A stretch of 64,000 bases of DNA. Origin: Phaeosaccion multiseriatum. Taxonomy: Eukaryota; Protista; Ochrophyta, other classes. The stretch's first letter is position 1. Every line of letters starts with the position of its first letter. The translations under genes and the position numbers were made by a program. The stretch lies in the NCBI GenBank assembly GCA_965112735.1, contig OZ218954.1, positions 3,596,001 to 3,660,000 of the forward strand, read 5' to 3'. Of the stretch, positions 25,327-44,250 are shown in pieces. The notes beneath the pieces are model-generated. The model made no database searches. It was given only the letters and a program-made list of their open reading frames with translations, and was not told where the DNA came from.

Positions 25327-28061
25327 GTGCCCTTGGATCACTCACCCTCGCTTCCCTCCCCCCCCCCCCCTCCTCTCATCAGACGGAGGCGAAACGTTCT
25401 TGAACAGCGTGGCGTCTTCGCTCACCGAGCAAGGCTCCGAGTCCGTGGAAGCATCACAGTTGGCGTACGGGCAGTTGGGATACAGGGTGAGTGAGTGAGG
25501 GAAGGCGGGGAGGAGGGAGGAATGGAGGGGGAGGGCAGCGTCAGATGGTGGTCGGCATGATGGGCATTTAATTCATTGCCCCCCCCGCCGCCGTTACGCG
25601 ACGCCGTTACCCGTGCCCCGTTACCCTTAAAACAACCCCTCACGCCCCCACGGAACAACTCACCGCTCAGATCGCCTTCGCGGACTCGGAGGGCGCTCAC
25701 GACAGCACAGGCAGTCGCGTGGTCAGTGAGAACACAAACAGGGACTTCACCACTTTGAACGGGGATGCGCAGTTCTGGTGAGAGAGGGGTGGAGGGGTGA
25801 GGGGTGGAGGGGTCGCTCCTATACACACATGTACATACAACGCCCCCTTACAACTCAGTAGGGAGAAGTTGCCTGACACGTTCGTTTCCTCCTTCGCTTT
25901 AACCACCCCCCCCCCCCCCCCCTCCCCTACCCTCTCCCGCACTCGCATCCATCCGCCTCTCTCCCTCCCCTCCTCAGGCCGTGGTGGGCTTGGCTTGTGT
26001 TCTCCGCCTTCCTCTTGTGCTGCATTCTCCCCTTCGCCTACTTCGGCTTCCGAGCGAGGAGCTTCCTCTTCAACAGCGTCGACCCTTCCGGTTACTCCAC
26101 CCAAACACGGACAGGTACCGATACAGTTTATTCAGTTTCAGTTTGGTGCACTTGTTAAAAGTAAATTGCCCATCTACTGATGGAAACCAGCAATACCACA
26201 CCGTCTCCCCACGCCCTCCCCTGTCTCTTGTTGAGCAGTGGCCCGTTTGCGTCTTCCTTCTTCTTGCATTAGACGAGACATACCCGCTGACCCCTGACCG
26301 ACCCCCTGACCGACCCCCTTACCCCCCCCCTCCTCTGCCCGCAGGTCTGGATACAAAGAAGAGCCTATCGGAGGGAGAGGCCGGCAGCAGCGTCACTGGA
26401 CGCAAGACGAGCGCAGGTGGAGGTAGGAACGAGGAGACGGTTTTGCGCCTTTCAGATTGCCACTGTATCTCCTTTTTTTCTTCTGTCCCCCCCTCCCTCT
26501 GTGCCATGGCCTTCAATTTCGTTTTTGGCTTTTCTCTGCCCCTTCCTCACCCTCCCTCCCACCTCATTTTCCTTCCTCCGCCCCCTCTTCCTCCTCCCTC
26601 TCCCCTTCCATCTATTTTTTTGCTTCACATGATTCCAAACCCCAAACCCACAAAACCGAACAGGGACGTACGGAGACGACGAGCTCTTCGGTTACGGCGG
26701 CGCGGCAGGGGGGGCAGGTCGAGGAGGGGAGAGCGCTGTTCGAGCTGAGGCCACGGCAGCAGCAGCAGAGGCCGCAGCCGCTGATGCAGCAGCCAAAAAG
26801 AAGCCTTCGGGCCTCTTCCCCTATAGCTCCAATGAGTCGAACCGGTCCTCGGGAAGGTCGTCAGGCGGTTTCATGTCTCGCTTCAGCACGGCGACCAACA
26901 CGGACGGCGCGGATGGACCCTCTCCTGCGCATAATCTGATCGGAGGAGCAGGAATCGGAGGAGGGGGAGGAAGAGGAGGAGGAGGAGGAGGAGGAGGAGG
27001 AGAAGGAGAAGGAGAAAGAGACGGCGACGGCGGCAGCAGCGGCGGGGGGCTCAGTGACGAGACTCCAATCGCCATGGTCAGAGCGGATGGGCATGCCTCC
27101 ATTCCCGTCTACACAGGCGCCTCTGTGAGTGCCGGGGCGGGCACTGGGATGGACTCCACGGCAGCTGGTGCCGACACCACTGGGGCCTCAGCAGGGGGAG
27201 CAGCAGCGGGGCGAGGAAGAGGTACGTTATCCTCGTGGTATTGGCTTTGTCTTGTGTGTGGATGTGGATGTGGATGTGGGTGTGGGTTGGGCTCTGTTTG
27301 CTTCTCCTTGCTTGCTTGTGTGCAACCGTGGCTCACTGGTCTAGTCGTGATGATGCAGCTGCTGCCCTCTACCCCTCCTTCCCGCCCTCCCTCTCCAACT
27401 CACCCACGCCCGCCAACTCCTTTGTCCCTTCCTCCCTCCGTCCGTCCTTCCATCCGTCCCTCTCAACCCGCAGGTCGGTCCGAAGAGAAGATCAATTCAG
27501 CAGCCGCCTCTCGAGCAGCAACAGCAGCAGCAGCCGCAGGAGCAGGGGGCTCAGGCGTCTACTCCACCCACCAGCCCATGACGGGAGGCTTCCTAAGCAA
27601 GTTCGGCTTTGGTAGCTTGAAAAAGGTGACAGGAGCCTCAGCCTCCACATCTACCCCTGCCGCTACCCCTGCTGCTGCTGTACCACCAACCGCTGCTGCT
27701 GCTGGTGCTGCTGGAGCCGTTGCCGAGGCAGGTGGAGCGGGTGCGTCTGCCGTTACTGCAGCTGGGGCTGGCGTCGCCGCTGCGGTCGGCGTTGCTGCTG
27801 CTGCTGCTGCTGCTGGAGGAGGAGCTGTGGGGACCGCCATGTCCGGTAGTCAGAGGTCCCGAGCAGGCTCCGAGGGGGCTCTGGAGAGTGAGATGGGAGG
27901 CAGCGGCGCGCGTTACGAGCGGGTGAGTGAGTGGGTGAGAAGGGAGAGAGGGAGCGAGGTGCAATTCTTAACGGAGGAGCCAATGGCATGTTTTCTTGCA
28001 AAGCGACCAACGATGGAACCAGCCACTCATCTGTCTCATCCCCTTCTCTCTTTGTTGCTGC

Positions 28062-28101
<40 letters not shown>

Positions 28102-29080
28102 GCTGTTGCTGCTGCTGTTGCTGTTGTCGCCCTCGTCCGGTGCGATGTTTGAGCAGGAACAGAAGATATCTCCCGAGAAGTTGCCTGCGGACCAACCGGC
28201 CAAGTTGGTGATTCGGGTAAGTAAGAGTTGAACGGGAAGATGGGGGAGCAGTCGAGCAGCGGCGCTACCTAAGCAAGGGGAAGAATCGTCCACTTGCGGC
28301 CTCTGGCGTCCACCTGTTTGATGTGTACTCCACATGTGAGCTTCGTTGACACGCCCCACGCACCTACTGACGCACGCACTCACCTACCCATCCACCCACC
28401 TATGCACCTACCTACGACCCTCTCTCTCTCTCTCTCTCTGCTTCTCTCTCTCCCGCTCTCTCTCCATCTCTTGTCCATTTGCTGACAACGACACAACACA
28501 AACCAACAGCCCCGCGCCGGCTCCGTCCCCTCTCGCGAGCGCCGCAACTCGGCGGAGCTCGACGAACGTAACCTTCTTCAACTCGACCCCTCGCGTCGCG
28601 CCAGCATGCTGTGGGCCCTCAGTGAGGCGGAGAGAGATGCGCTGCAGAAGCAGAACACACTCAAGGACTTTGGACGCACCTCGGAACTCAACCAGTGAGT
28701 GTGTGTGTGTGTGTGTGTGCGTGCGTGTGTGTGCGTGTGCGTGTGTGCGTGTGTGAGAGAGGGAGTGTGCGTGCGAGAGGGAGGGAGGGAGGGAGGGAGG
28801 GAGAGAGCTTTCTTTCATTTTCTGTTGCTTGTGGGTCTTTTGTGGCTTTTCGTTGGTTCTTTTGGATTGTTTTAACTCATTTAATAGTTGTGATAAAGTC
28901 TCAGACTTGGAGAGAGAAGGAAGCGCAAGGAAGAAAGCTCAAGGCGGGTCACTTACCTTTCGACTCAACGCCCCCCCCCCCCCCCCCCTGCACCCTTCCT
29001 TCCTTCCTTCCTGCCGCCTGCCTCCTCCTCCTCTCTCTCTACCACACACACACACAAACACACATACACACACACACACA

Positions 29081-29132
<52 letters not shown>

Positions 29133-31193
29133 GTCCTGGAGGCGCGCCGCGAGAAGCTTGCCTTCGAGGAGTCCATGAGAGGAAGCAGCTTGGACGGAGG
29201 AGACCGGCTTTCTCTCACGGGTGGGAGTGGTAGCAGACAGTCTGTGGACGCCGCTAGCGGAACGATCGACGTGTCCCCCGCCCTCGCCGCAGCAGCCGCA
29301 GCAGCCACAGCAGCAACGGCGGCAGCTGCAGGGCGAGGGAGCTCCTTCACCGGTACGCCCGTGAGCAGTGTGGGTGGGCCTGGCTTGCCACCCTTGGATG
29401 CGGGCATTCCTTACCGCGGTGCTAGTGCTGCGAGTAATGTAGGAAGGGACTCGATGGGGGTTATTAGTAGGGACTCCCAAGGGGTTATTATGAGGGACTC
29501 CCTAGGAAGGGACTCGATGGGGGTTATTAGTAGGGACTCCCAAGGGGTTATTATGAGGGACTCCCTTGACAGTGAGTTGGATCGAGACTCCATCAACTAC
29601 GCCGGCACCAGCGGCAGTGGTTTTGTGAGCCTGCCCACGATTGACGACAACATGGACGACATTACAGTGGATGGAGCGGACTCCATCGACCAAGTGCTGC
29701 TCAAGTTTGGGGAGGAGCAGAAGGAAGTGGTGTCCATGGATAGCATTGATCAGGCGCTGGCCAAGTTCCATCAAGGGCAAAAGAAGCAAGCAGCGGCGGC
29801 GGCGGCGGCGGCGCAAGGACTGCTCGAAGAGGGGAAGGAGGAGGATGGATCGGAGGAGTTTGGCGTGAGCGGCGGTAAGAACAATGTGGATGATGAGGAC
29901 GAGGAAGACGAAGACGAAGAATCGCTCGACAGCGAGGGTCTGAACGGAGGTGTCCAAATGCCCATGAGTCAGCTTTTGGCCATGGCCGATGCTGAGATGC
30001 TCAACGCAGAGGCAAAGGCCTCGGACGATGGCGAGGAAGGGGGGTTTGTCAGCCGAGGCGGTGGTGGCGCGGAGAGCGCTGCCACGGCTGCCACTGCGGC
30101 AGGTGCTGGTGCTGCTTCCATTGCTACAGCTGCGACCGGTGCTACTGGTGCGGGTGGGGGTGTTGGTGGCGGCGGTGGTGGTGGGCTCGCCGGTGGATCG
30201 GTGCTGTCAGTCGGGTCCGGGCAAACGGGCTACACCGGCCATACATCGGCCGCCGTTGCTCCTGGGGGCATGGGATCCCTGGCAGGAGGCTCGTCGGTCG
30301 CAGTAGGATCAAGGTTGGCGGAAGGTGGATCTCTGTCGGGTGCCTATGAGGAGGAGGAGGAGGAGGAGGAGGAGGAGGAGGAGAAGGGAGGGGGAGAAGG
30401 CTCGGTGGGCGACTCGAGCAGCTTGGGGTACAGCACTAGCAGTGGGAATAACCACATCGCCTTGGCGGATGTGGTGGCCATGAGTCCCGAGGAGCGAAGG
30501 CAACTTATGCACGCACAGGGTGGGAGCAGTGGCAGTGCTGTTGGGGCTCCGGGTGTTGCTCGAGTTAGCAGCAGCGATCAGACATCATCCATTGCGGCTG
30601 GTCCTTCTTCGTCCGCTGCTGTGGCGGTGGGCAGCGCTGGGGAGGACGAAGGTGCGGACGGTGGGGCTTCAGCGGGAGGAGCGCAGTCGTCATCTGCGCG
30701 TGGGGCAGGGGGGGGTGAGAGCAGCGTGGCTTCAGCGGCGCCGCTGATGGTGGCTGTGCCTGCCCACATGGCCCCGCCCGATGTGTGGGCACAGCAACAA
30801 GGGCAGCAGTCGGTGATACAGCAAGGGCAGCAAGGGTCGATTGATGAGTCGGTCGCCTCCATTACGAGCGGGTCTATGGCGGGCGGCAGCAGCAGTGACC
30901 AGCGAGGAGTCGTGCTCATCCCTCTGAGTGAGGTGCTGAGTGTGATGGATCGAGAGACGGAGAGGATGGAGCACACGGGGCAAAAGCTGAGTCCGAAGCA
31001 GGTGGTGGATATGGTGATGCACAATCACAGTGAAGACGACGAAAGCTCGAAGGAAGGAGGAGGAGGAGGAGGAGGAGGAGGGGGGGGGGGTGGGGGCTCC
31101 GCTGGCCAGCAGGGCGAAGGAGAGGGAGGAGGGCCGTTGGGGCAGGTTTTACGTCTCTTTGGGAGCGGCGGAAAAGACGGCAAGAGTGAATAG
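24289..31193 (+). CDS. Multi-exon low-complexity membrane protein of unknown function
   Basis: Hydrophobic segments AFFLQSVTTFALMVVGPLYVL and PWWAWLVFSAFLLCCILPFAYFGF (~25980-26050), GT-AG-bounded exons, and a long final exon 29132-31193. The internal exon structure is uncertain. Confidence 0.6.
27994..28127 (+). mobile_element. Short dispersed intronic element with (TTG)n tail (SINE-like or LINE 3' fragment)
   Basis: tcttgcaaagcgaccaacgatg...ctcatct...cccttct+(TTG)n; homologous copies at 62661-62867 (+) and 59683-59915 (-). Confidence 0.55.
29440..29566 (+). repeat. Coding 63-bp tandem repeat (GRDSMGVISRDSQGVIMRDSL x2)
   Basis: Near-exact tandem duplication built from ~21-bp agggactc...ggggttatt subunits. 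Confidence 0.85.
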
Positions 31194-31647
31194 TGGAGAC
31201 GGGTTGTAGGAAAAGAAACTTTTTTGACGTTCCTGTTTGGACGAACGGGGGGGGGGGGGGGGGGTTGGGTTCAGTCTTTGACCTTCACATGAGGCTTGTT
31301 TTGAGACGGTGGTGGTAGGCGGAGACGCCACGCCCTCCACCACTGCAGCTTCATTTTTCTTATTGACTTGTGTTACGCGGGCAAGCAGCAAGAGAGCACA
31401 CCACTCCACTCCACGACCAGGCCAGCCTCCCCCTTTTCCCCTCTGCGAAGGCCCAAATTCATTCATACTTCGTAGTAATACATAATAAGAAGATCGTAGT
31501 AATGTGTAGGTTAAAACGAGACAGAGTTTATCACTTAAGAGAGTGGGATGGTGGCAGTGGTGGGGCGGACAATAGGAACAGCGGCAGTTGGTGATACAGC
31601 AATCACAAATAAAGCTTCCGATACAACATCAACAACACCCCAGAAAC

Positions 31648-36894
<5,247 letters not shown>

Positions 36895-36989
36895 AGGCAA
36901 CAAAAAGCAACAACGCAACAACTTTCCTGTGTGTCACATCTCTTCCGTACTGCGTAGGAGAGAGGGGCAGAGGGGAGAGGGGAGGAGAG

Positions 36990-37330
36990 TTACGTATGTA
37001 GGTATGTATGTATGTATGTAGGTAGATAGGTAGGTAGGTATGCAGGTAGGTGGGTAGGTAGGTGGGTGTATAGGTTGGTAGGTAGTAGGTAGGAAGGAAG
37101 GAGGAAGAAGGAGGTAGGTAGGTAGGTAGGTAGGTATGTACGTAGGTAGGTAGGTAGGTATGTATGTAGGTAGGTAGGTAGGCATGTATGCAGGTATGTG
37201 GATAGGTAATTAAGGAGATCGGTTAGGCAGGTAGGCAGCTAAGTTATAAGTACCTAAGATGCAGAGAGGTAGGTAGATAGGAAAGTATGTAGAGGTCTTC
37301 ATAGATGGTCAGGAAGGTAGGGTAGCCGCT
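36990..37330. repeat. (GGTA/GTAT)n tetranucleotide array between convergent genes
   Basis: gtaggtag/gtatgtat runs. Confidence 0.85.
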
Positions 37331-37708
37331 CTTGGTGAGAGGCTTAGGGTTCGCAGCCAGTTGCACGGAATACCATTTGTGCTGGGCGACCTGGGCGAGT
37401 CTAGTACAAGGTATACGAAAAAATGCTGTACAGAGAGGGGGATTGCATGGGTTCGGGCAAGAAGGAGACTGTAAATAATGTAGAATATGTAAGACTTATC
37501 GTCTAGCCTCTTGTGTATGAAATTTGCTCATACCGACACGCTCCAGAGCACAGCAGGTGCGCGAGGCTTAAGTTCCGGAGCACCGCGCTGGCCGCAAAAT
37601 CTTCCGCGTGTATCACCAACTGCTGCTGCTGCTGCTGTATCACTACCTGCCGTCCTACAGACACACCCTGCATCACCAGTTGGTGAAACAGGATATAGAT
37701 CTGCCGCA

Positions 37709-37825
37709 CTACAGAAAGACCTGCATCTTCCGCTTGACCTTTTGTTGACATATGGGGCACTTTCGAAGCGAAGTCGTCGCCGACTTCAGAATCGCGTCGG
37801 CGCACTCACCGTGGAAGGATCCATG

Positions 37826-37870
<45 letters not shown>

Positions 37871-38014
37871 CAGGAAACGGGGCAAATGGGAAACGGGAAG
37901 CAGGCACAATACATAACAGCGTAGCGCATTGCGATGAGATACGGTACACACAGACACAAACACGTAGACGCACACACGCACATAGGCACGCGCCCGCACA
38001 CACACACACACACA

Positions 38015-38080
<66 letters not shown>

Positions 38081-40182
38081 GCGACTACGTACCCGCACGG
38101 TGTGAACACGAAAGGCGCTCCGTCCACTTGGTCCATACAAATCGTGCACTCTTTCGCCCTTTCCTTGTCCTTGTCCTTGTCCTCTTCCCTCTCCTGCACC
38201 ACCTCCTGCTCCACCTCCACTTCTTCCCCCGACACCTCCTCCTTCTCCTCCTCAGCCTCGCCCATTCCCCCAACCTCGTCCTCCTTCTCCTCATCACTAG
38301 AGTCTGGAATTTCCCAGGCATTCTCTGCGCTACTCCCGACAATGAGAAGAGAACTGGAACGCTGAGCACCCTGTCTGCCCTCTCTACCCCCTGCTCCTCC
38401 CCTTCCTCCTTCTCCATCGACTGCCATCCTCCTCCTCCTTCTTCGTGCACTGCCATCCTCCTCGTCTCCCAGCCCCTCCGCTCTTCCTCCTCCTGCTCCT
38501 CCTCCCTCCCTCAGTCGCTTGCGGGCTCCGTTTTTCGCGCCCTTGCCCCGTCCACTGCCATCCTCCGCTCGTGCCCCATCCACTGCCATCCCCCCTACGC
38601 TCCCCGCTGCCTGTCTAGCGTATGGCATAGACATCATTTCCAGCTCACTAGGTTCGTCAGCCTGAGAAATTTATATAGGGGAGAGGGAGGAGGAGGAGGG
38701 AGGAGGATGAGGACAATGCACGGAGCAAGAGAGCAGCAGCGTGGGGGTGGTGAGGACTTGAAGGCGTGGGGGGGATGGTTGCAGCTGAGATATACAGTCA
38801 AAGGGATGAGCCGCACTAGCATAAGGAGGAGAGCGACACCAAGAGAGAAGAGAGGTGAAGACTTACACTGTGGACAGCAGCAGCAGCTCCTCTCTCGCGC
38901 CCTGCTACCGCTGAATCCGCCGCAGCTGCAGCTGCAGCAGCTATAGGAGCAAAAGTATAGCCACCGGCATCATCCGGACATTCCTTTTCATTGGCGGATT
39001 CAGCGGTAGCAGCTACAGTAGCAAAAGTATAGCCACCGGCATCATCCGGACACTTCCTTTTCATCTTCCGAGCCGCAGAACCGCCACAAGACGCTCCATC
39101 ACCATCCGTCCTCGTCTTCTTTTTTCTCCCAGGTATAGCAGCAGAAGCAGCAGCGCCAGAAAAACCAAAAGCTCCAACAACCGTCCTCTTCCTCTTCGAG
39201 TAGTGCTGAGAGAGAGAGAAGGGGGGGGGAAGAGGAGGGAAATAAGTGAAAAGCGAGGGAGATATATAGAGAGAGGAAGGAGGAGGATAATGCGAGCCAA
39301 AAGAGCAGCGAGCGAGGCGAAGACGAACTACCATGGTATGGGGGGAGAGGGAGGGAGCGAGGTGGGATGGGGAGCGGGGCGGGGGGCGACAAAAGGGGAA
39401 ATCGTACCCGGCCACCGGCCACACGAAGCCAACTCTCTGACCCTCCACCACTCCGTGCTCTATCTGACACTACCACACACACTACCACTCATCCTCCTTG
39501 CTCTTGTGCTTGTAATACTCCCTCCTTTCTTTCTTGTTCTCCTTCTTCCTGTCCTTCCTCTGTTTTTACCTCTTCCCTCCTATTCAGACTCGCCCATCAC
39601 ACCTTGTCCTGCCCCCTGTTCAATTGAGAGCCCTCTTGAGAGGAAAGGGCCGAACCCCTCACCCTATAGACCCACAGGTTCTTTCGCGCCTCTCCCCCCC
39701 CCCCTTCCCTTCTCTCTCTCTCGTTCACCCACTCTTCATCTCTTCTTTCTCTCTCTCATCCACTCACTCTTCCTCCCTCCCGTCTATCTCTCTCTCTATC
39801 GACCGACTTACTCGTACAGAGACGGAAGCAGCCGCTCCTCCTCGCCCCGTCGCAGCGGCAGCAGCTGCAGCAGCAGCATCGCCAATCGCGCTGTCCCTCT
39901 TCGAATCCTCACTAGCCCTCTTCTTCTTAGGAGCAGCAGCCGCAGCAGTTGGTGATACAAACGCAAGATCCCTCAATCCCCCTCTCCCCTCTCCAAGACA
40001 ATCTCCGTTGACCTCAGAAGCAAAAGCCGGCCGAAAAGAGACCTGGAGAAAGAGAGAGGGGGGCGAGGGGGAGAAGAAGGGAGGACGAGGATTCCGTGAG
40101 GAGCGAGGCAGGTGGGAGACGAGGACGAGCACAGGTGTGGGGAGAAAGTGAGGTAAGGGTGCCGTGCTTTCTCCTCCTCCTC

Positions 40183-40237
<55 letters not shown>

Positions 40238-41434
40238 ACCACCACCACCACCACCACCTCGTCGATCCACTTACACCGTAGGAAGCAGCCGCTCCTCCTC
40301 GCCCCGTCGCAGCGGCAGCAGCTGCAGCAGCAGCATCACCAATCGCGCCGTCCCTCCTCGAATCCTCACTAGCCCTCTTCTTCTTCTTCGGAGCGATAGC
40401 AGCAGTAGCAGTAGCAGCGGCAGCAGCAGCACCAGGAGGAGGAGGAGGAACCTCCCGTTCTGCCTCCGACCACGAAACCCGCTTCTTGAGGGAGGGAGGA
40501 GGGAGAGGGCAGAGAAGGGCACAACACACACGCACACACACACGCAGAGCGAGAGTACAACGGAACGGAAATGCAGAGCGATTGTTCAGAGATTGTGCGG
40601 GGCTGTAGATGGCAGTGGATGGGGCGGTACGTTAGTGAGTCCCGCTCCGCACCCCCCCTCTCCCCTGCTCCCTCCCTCCACTCACATGCAAGCGCTGCAG
40701 AGTGTGCGAGGCGGTGGAGAGAGGGAAGAGGAGGAGGAGGAGGAGGAGGAGGAGGAGGAGGATGAGGGGGAGGAGAAGAAGAAGAAGAAGAAGAAGAAGA
40801 AGAAGAAGAAGAAGAAGAAGAAGAAGAAGAAGAAGAAGAACAAAAAGAAGAAGGGAGAAGAGGATTACGCGGGAGTGAGGCAGGTGGGCGACGAGGACGA
40901 GCACAGGACGAGCACAGGTGTGGGGAGGAAGCGAGGTGAGAGGTGTATGCTTTCTCCTGCTCCTCCTCCACCACCACCACCACCACCCCCTTGTCGATCG
41001 ACTTACAGCGTAGGAAGCAGCCGCTCCTCCTCGCCCCGTCGCAGCGGCAGCAGCTGCAGCAGCAGCATCACCAATCGCGCTTTCCCTCCTCGAATCCTCA
41101 CTAGCCCTCTTCTTCTTAGGCGCAGCAGCCGCAGGGGGAACCCTTGGTCCTACCGCCACTTCCAACCACGAAACCCGCTTCTTCTTCTTATTCATCGCCT
41201 AAATGCGGCACGCGTTCATTTTTAAAAGGGAGGGGGCAGAGAAGGGCACAACACACACGCACACACAGAGAGAGAGAGAGTACAACGGAACGGAAAGGCA
41301 GAGCGATTGTTCAGAGATGGTGCGGGGCTGTAGATGGCAGTGGATGGGGCGGCACGTGAGAGATTCCCGCTGCGCATCCCCCCTCCCCCCTGCTCACTCC
41401 CTCCCTCCACTCACATGCAAAGGAGAGAGAGAAA

Positions 41435-41469
<35 letters not shown>

Positions 41470-42741
41470 AGAAGAAGAAGAAGAAGAAGAAGAAGAAGAA
41501 GAAGAAGAAGAAGAAGAAGAAGAAGGAGGAGGAGGAACAGGAGGAGGACGACAGGAAACAAGACATAGAGCAGTGTGGGTGGCGAGCACACAGCCAGAAG
41601 GGCACGGGGGTGTGGGGTGAGCGATTGGGTCGGGGAGACTTGCTCACTGCCCAATGCTTCTTCCCCCAAATCCGTACCACCAACGTTTACCTTCCCTTCT
41701 CCCCCTGCTGCTGCTGGTGCTCCTACACTGCCATCTACTCAATTACTCTCCACGCCGCACAAGTGTGGCCCACCCAGTGTACCCATACAACCCCTTCATA
41801 CCCTATACCCCATACCCCAATACCCAATACCCTACCGTACCGTATGTACCACTCTGGCAAGAAAGGAAGAACATTACTATCCCTGTTCTCGTTCGTGTAG
41901 TAGCATTTCTCAATGGCAAAGAGTTTCACAAAGGAACAACCAAGAGTACCCCACTCTCCGCACCCCTCTCCCTCTCTCTCCATCGATGGACTTACAATGA
42001 AGAAAGCAGCCGCCCCTCCTCGCCCCTCCGCAGCGGCAGCAGCAGCAGCAGCAGCATCACCAATCGCACCGTCCCTCCTCGAATCCTCACTAGCCCTCTT
42101 CTTCTTCTTAGGAGCGATAGCAGCAGCAGCGGAAAGCTGGCTTCCTCGCTTCTTCTCCGCCTGAGAAGAAAAAAGAAGAAGAAGAAGAAGAAGGAGGAGG
42201 AGGAGGAGGAGGAGGAGGAGGTGGAGGAGGTGGAGGTGGAGGAGGAGGAGGAGGAGGAGGAGGAGGAGGAGGAGGAGGAGGAGGAGGAGAAGGAGGAGGA
42301 GGAGGAGGAGGAGGAGGAGGAGGAGGAGGAGGAGGAGGAGGAGGAGGAGGAGGAGGAGAGCGCGATGCAAGAGCGTTGCCGTGAGGGGCGTTAGGATGGG
42401 GAAGGGCGTGAGGGGTGTGAGGAGACTATCTGCCCGACTACCCTGACGAAATTATGACGGAAGAAGGGGGCTGCTGCCACACGGGATATCCCTATTTTCG
42501 CACTTACGATTGGCAGAGCTGATGCTCCGTATTCGGGGGCCCTCCTCTCCTCTTTCCTTTCCCTTCTACACCTTTTTCCTACTGTTGCTGGTGCTGCTGC
42601 TGCCTGTCCACTCTTCAGCCGGACGCCCCCTATCAGGGGAGGGGATCGTTGGCAGATGGGAAGCTGCTCATGGCGCATCTTTCCATCAGACACTGCTCCA
42701 TCCTCGCCCCCCTCTCTGTCCCCCCTCTCCCTCCACTCCAT
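37709..42741 (-). CDS. RING-finger E3 ligase with long disordered, repeated basic N-terminal region (start uncertain)
   Basis: C-terminal ECTICMDQ...FTPCG|HGSFHGECADAIL...KCPICQQKV. Upstream exons repeat APKKKRASEDSRRDGAIGDAAAA. Possible SIM-like LLIV and WEIPDSSDEE. Confidence 0.7.
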
Positions 42742-42988
42742 CGCTCTCTCCCCTTGTCGATCCCTTTTCCTCCTTTCTTCCCTTCCGTTCGACCCTCCTT
42801 ATACGCCTCTCTTGGCACACTCGAAGGCTCAAGTTGTCGCACCCACAGTCCGCCGCTTGGGCAGAGAGAGGGGATGACAAAGTGTGAAGATGGTGAGAAG
42901 AGCTGAAACTCAAACGGCGCCTTTTTTCTTTTCCCCCGTTCCATCATGATCTCCCCGTAAAGGGATATCGTAAAGGCCGAGTGAGGCA

Positions 42989-43629
42989 ATGCGTACAGGG
43001 GAGGTCCTGATAGTAGTGGGGCTGACTGTCCTCTCCACGCTTCTGTTGCAGGCCCAGCGCCATGGTCCTACTCGTAGGACGGAGGGGCCTGCCTTTGTCC
43101 TCCTCATTACTCATCGGTACGTCCGGCCACTTCTGCCCACTCTCTTTCTCGTGCTTGCCTTCCCTCCTCCCGGCTGACGCCACTTGCCTTCCCCTTCTCT
43201 CCCGCTCCACCAGGTACAGCTCCGCGGCGGAGGCCCAGCGGTTTCTCGAGTTGATTGCCCCCCTGGCCATGTACTGCCGTGATCACGAGCCCGACACCTT
43301 GAGCTTCGAGATTGCCGTGAGTGACAAGGACCCCGCGGAGGTAAGAATGGAGAATGGAGGCGCTCGCAATGCAGTCTCGCAATAGGAGAAAGTCGAGCCT
43401 CTCTCTCGACTTACGGCGCTCAGCCTTCCACCCCTCACCCCCCGTGAACCCGTGTGCACTTAAGATAATGATCCTCGAGCGCTACCGGGACAAGGAGCAA
43501 GCCTACCTTAAGACGCATCGCAGCTCGGAGCCCTTCCTGCACCTAAAGCAGCAGCTGCAGGAGCTCTCCCTGGAGCCCGTGGACAAGTGGGGCCAGTCAT
43601 ACCTGGAGTCAGGACTCGGCTCCGTGTGA
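42989..43629 (+). CDS. ABM (antibiotic biosynthesis monooxygenase)-family dimeric alpha+beta barrel protein, 3 exons
   Basis: FVLLITHR|YSSAAEAQRFLELIAPLAMYCRDHEPDTLSFEIAVSDKDPAE|IMILERYRDKEQAYLKTHRSSEPF; hydrophobic N-terminus. Confidence 0.8.
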
Positions 43630-44199
43630 TGCCTCCTGGGGTCAGGATTCGGCCTCGTGTGATATACATCAATGATGTTCGTGTGGGTGGAGGCTCCTTG
43701 GTGTGAGTCAAACTACGGATGCCTCGCTAGCTGGCTGACAAGGATGCGGGAGAAGGCGCGATATCCTGACACCTGATAGTGTGATTGATGCCTGCTTGGC
43801 AACCCCAGAGGAAGCGACGTGCTCTGGTATCTTGAGATTAGCCTGCCTGCACGGCTGCCAGAGAAACGGAGGGGAACAAGAGCGATTTGGTCGACACCTG
43901 ACACCTGTCACCTGGCAGGGAGCAAAGTTGTCCTGCATGATCTTCGTGGCGTACCGTAGTTCGCGATGAACGAAGCGAGGGAGGAGGAGGAGGAGGAGGA
44001 GGAGGAGGAGGAGGAGGAGAAGGAGAAGGAGAGGATCCAGCAAGCTGACACTGGAAGCTTCCAAAGGAGTGTTCTATTCTGTGAAGGTGCGCTTTGACTC
44101 GCGCGCACTCTCTCTCTCCATCTCTCTCTGTCTCTCGGGGGTGATGTCGGTGCTACCGTAGCGACTGAGGGGCACAAGTCCTCCACCCCCCACGCAGCC

Positions 44200-44250
44200 T
44201 CTTGGAAGGGTCTTGGAAGGGTCTTGGAAGGGTCTTGGAAGGGTCTTGAC
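44200..44250. repeat. 11-bp minisatellite (cttggaagggt x4)
   Basis: Direct reading. Confidence 0.85.
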
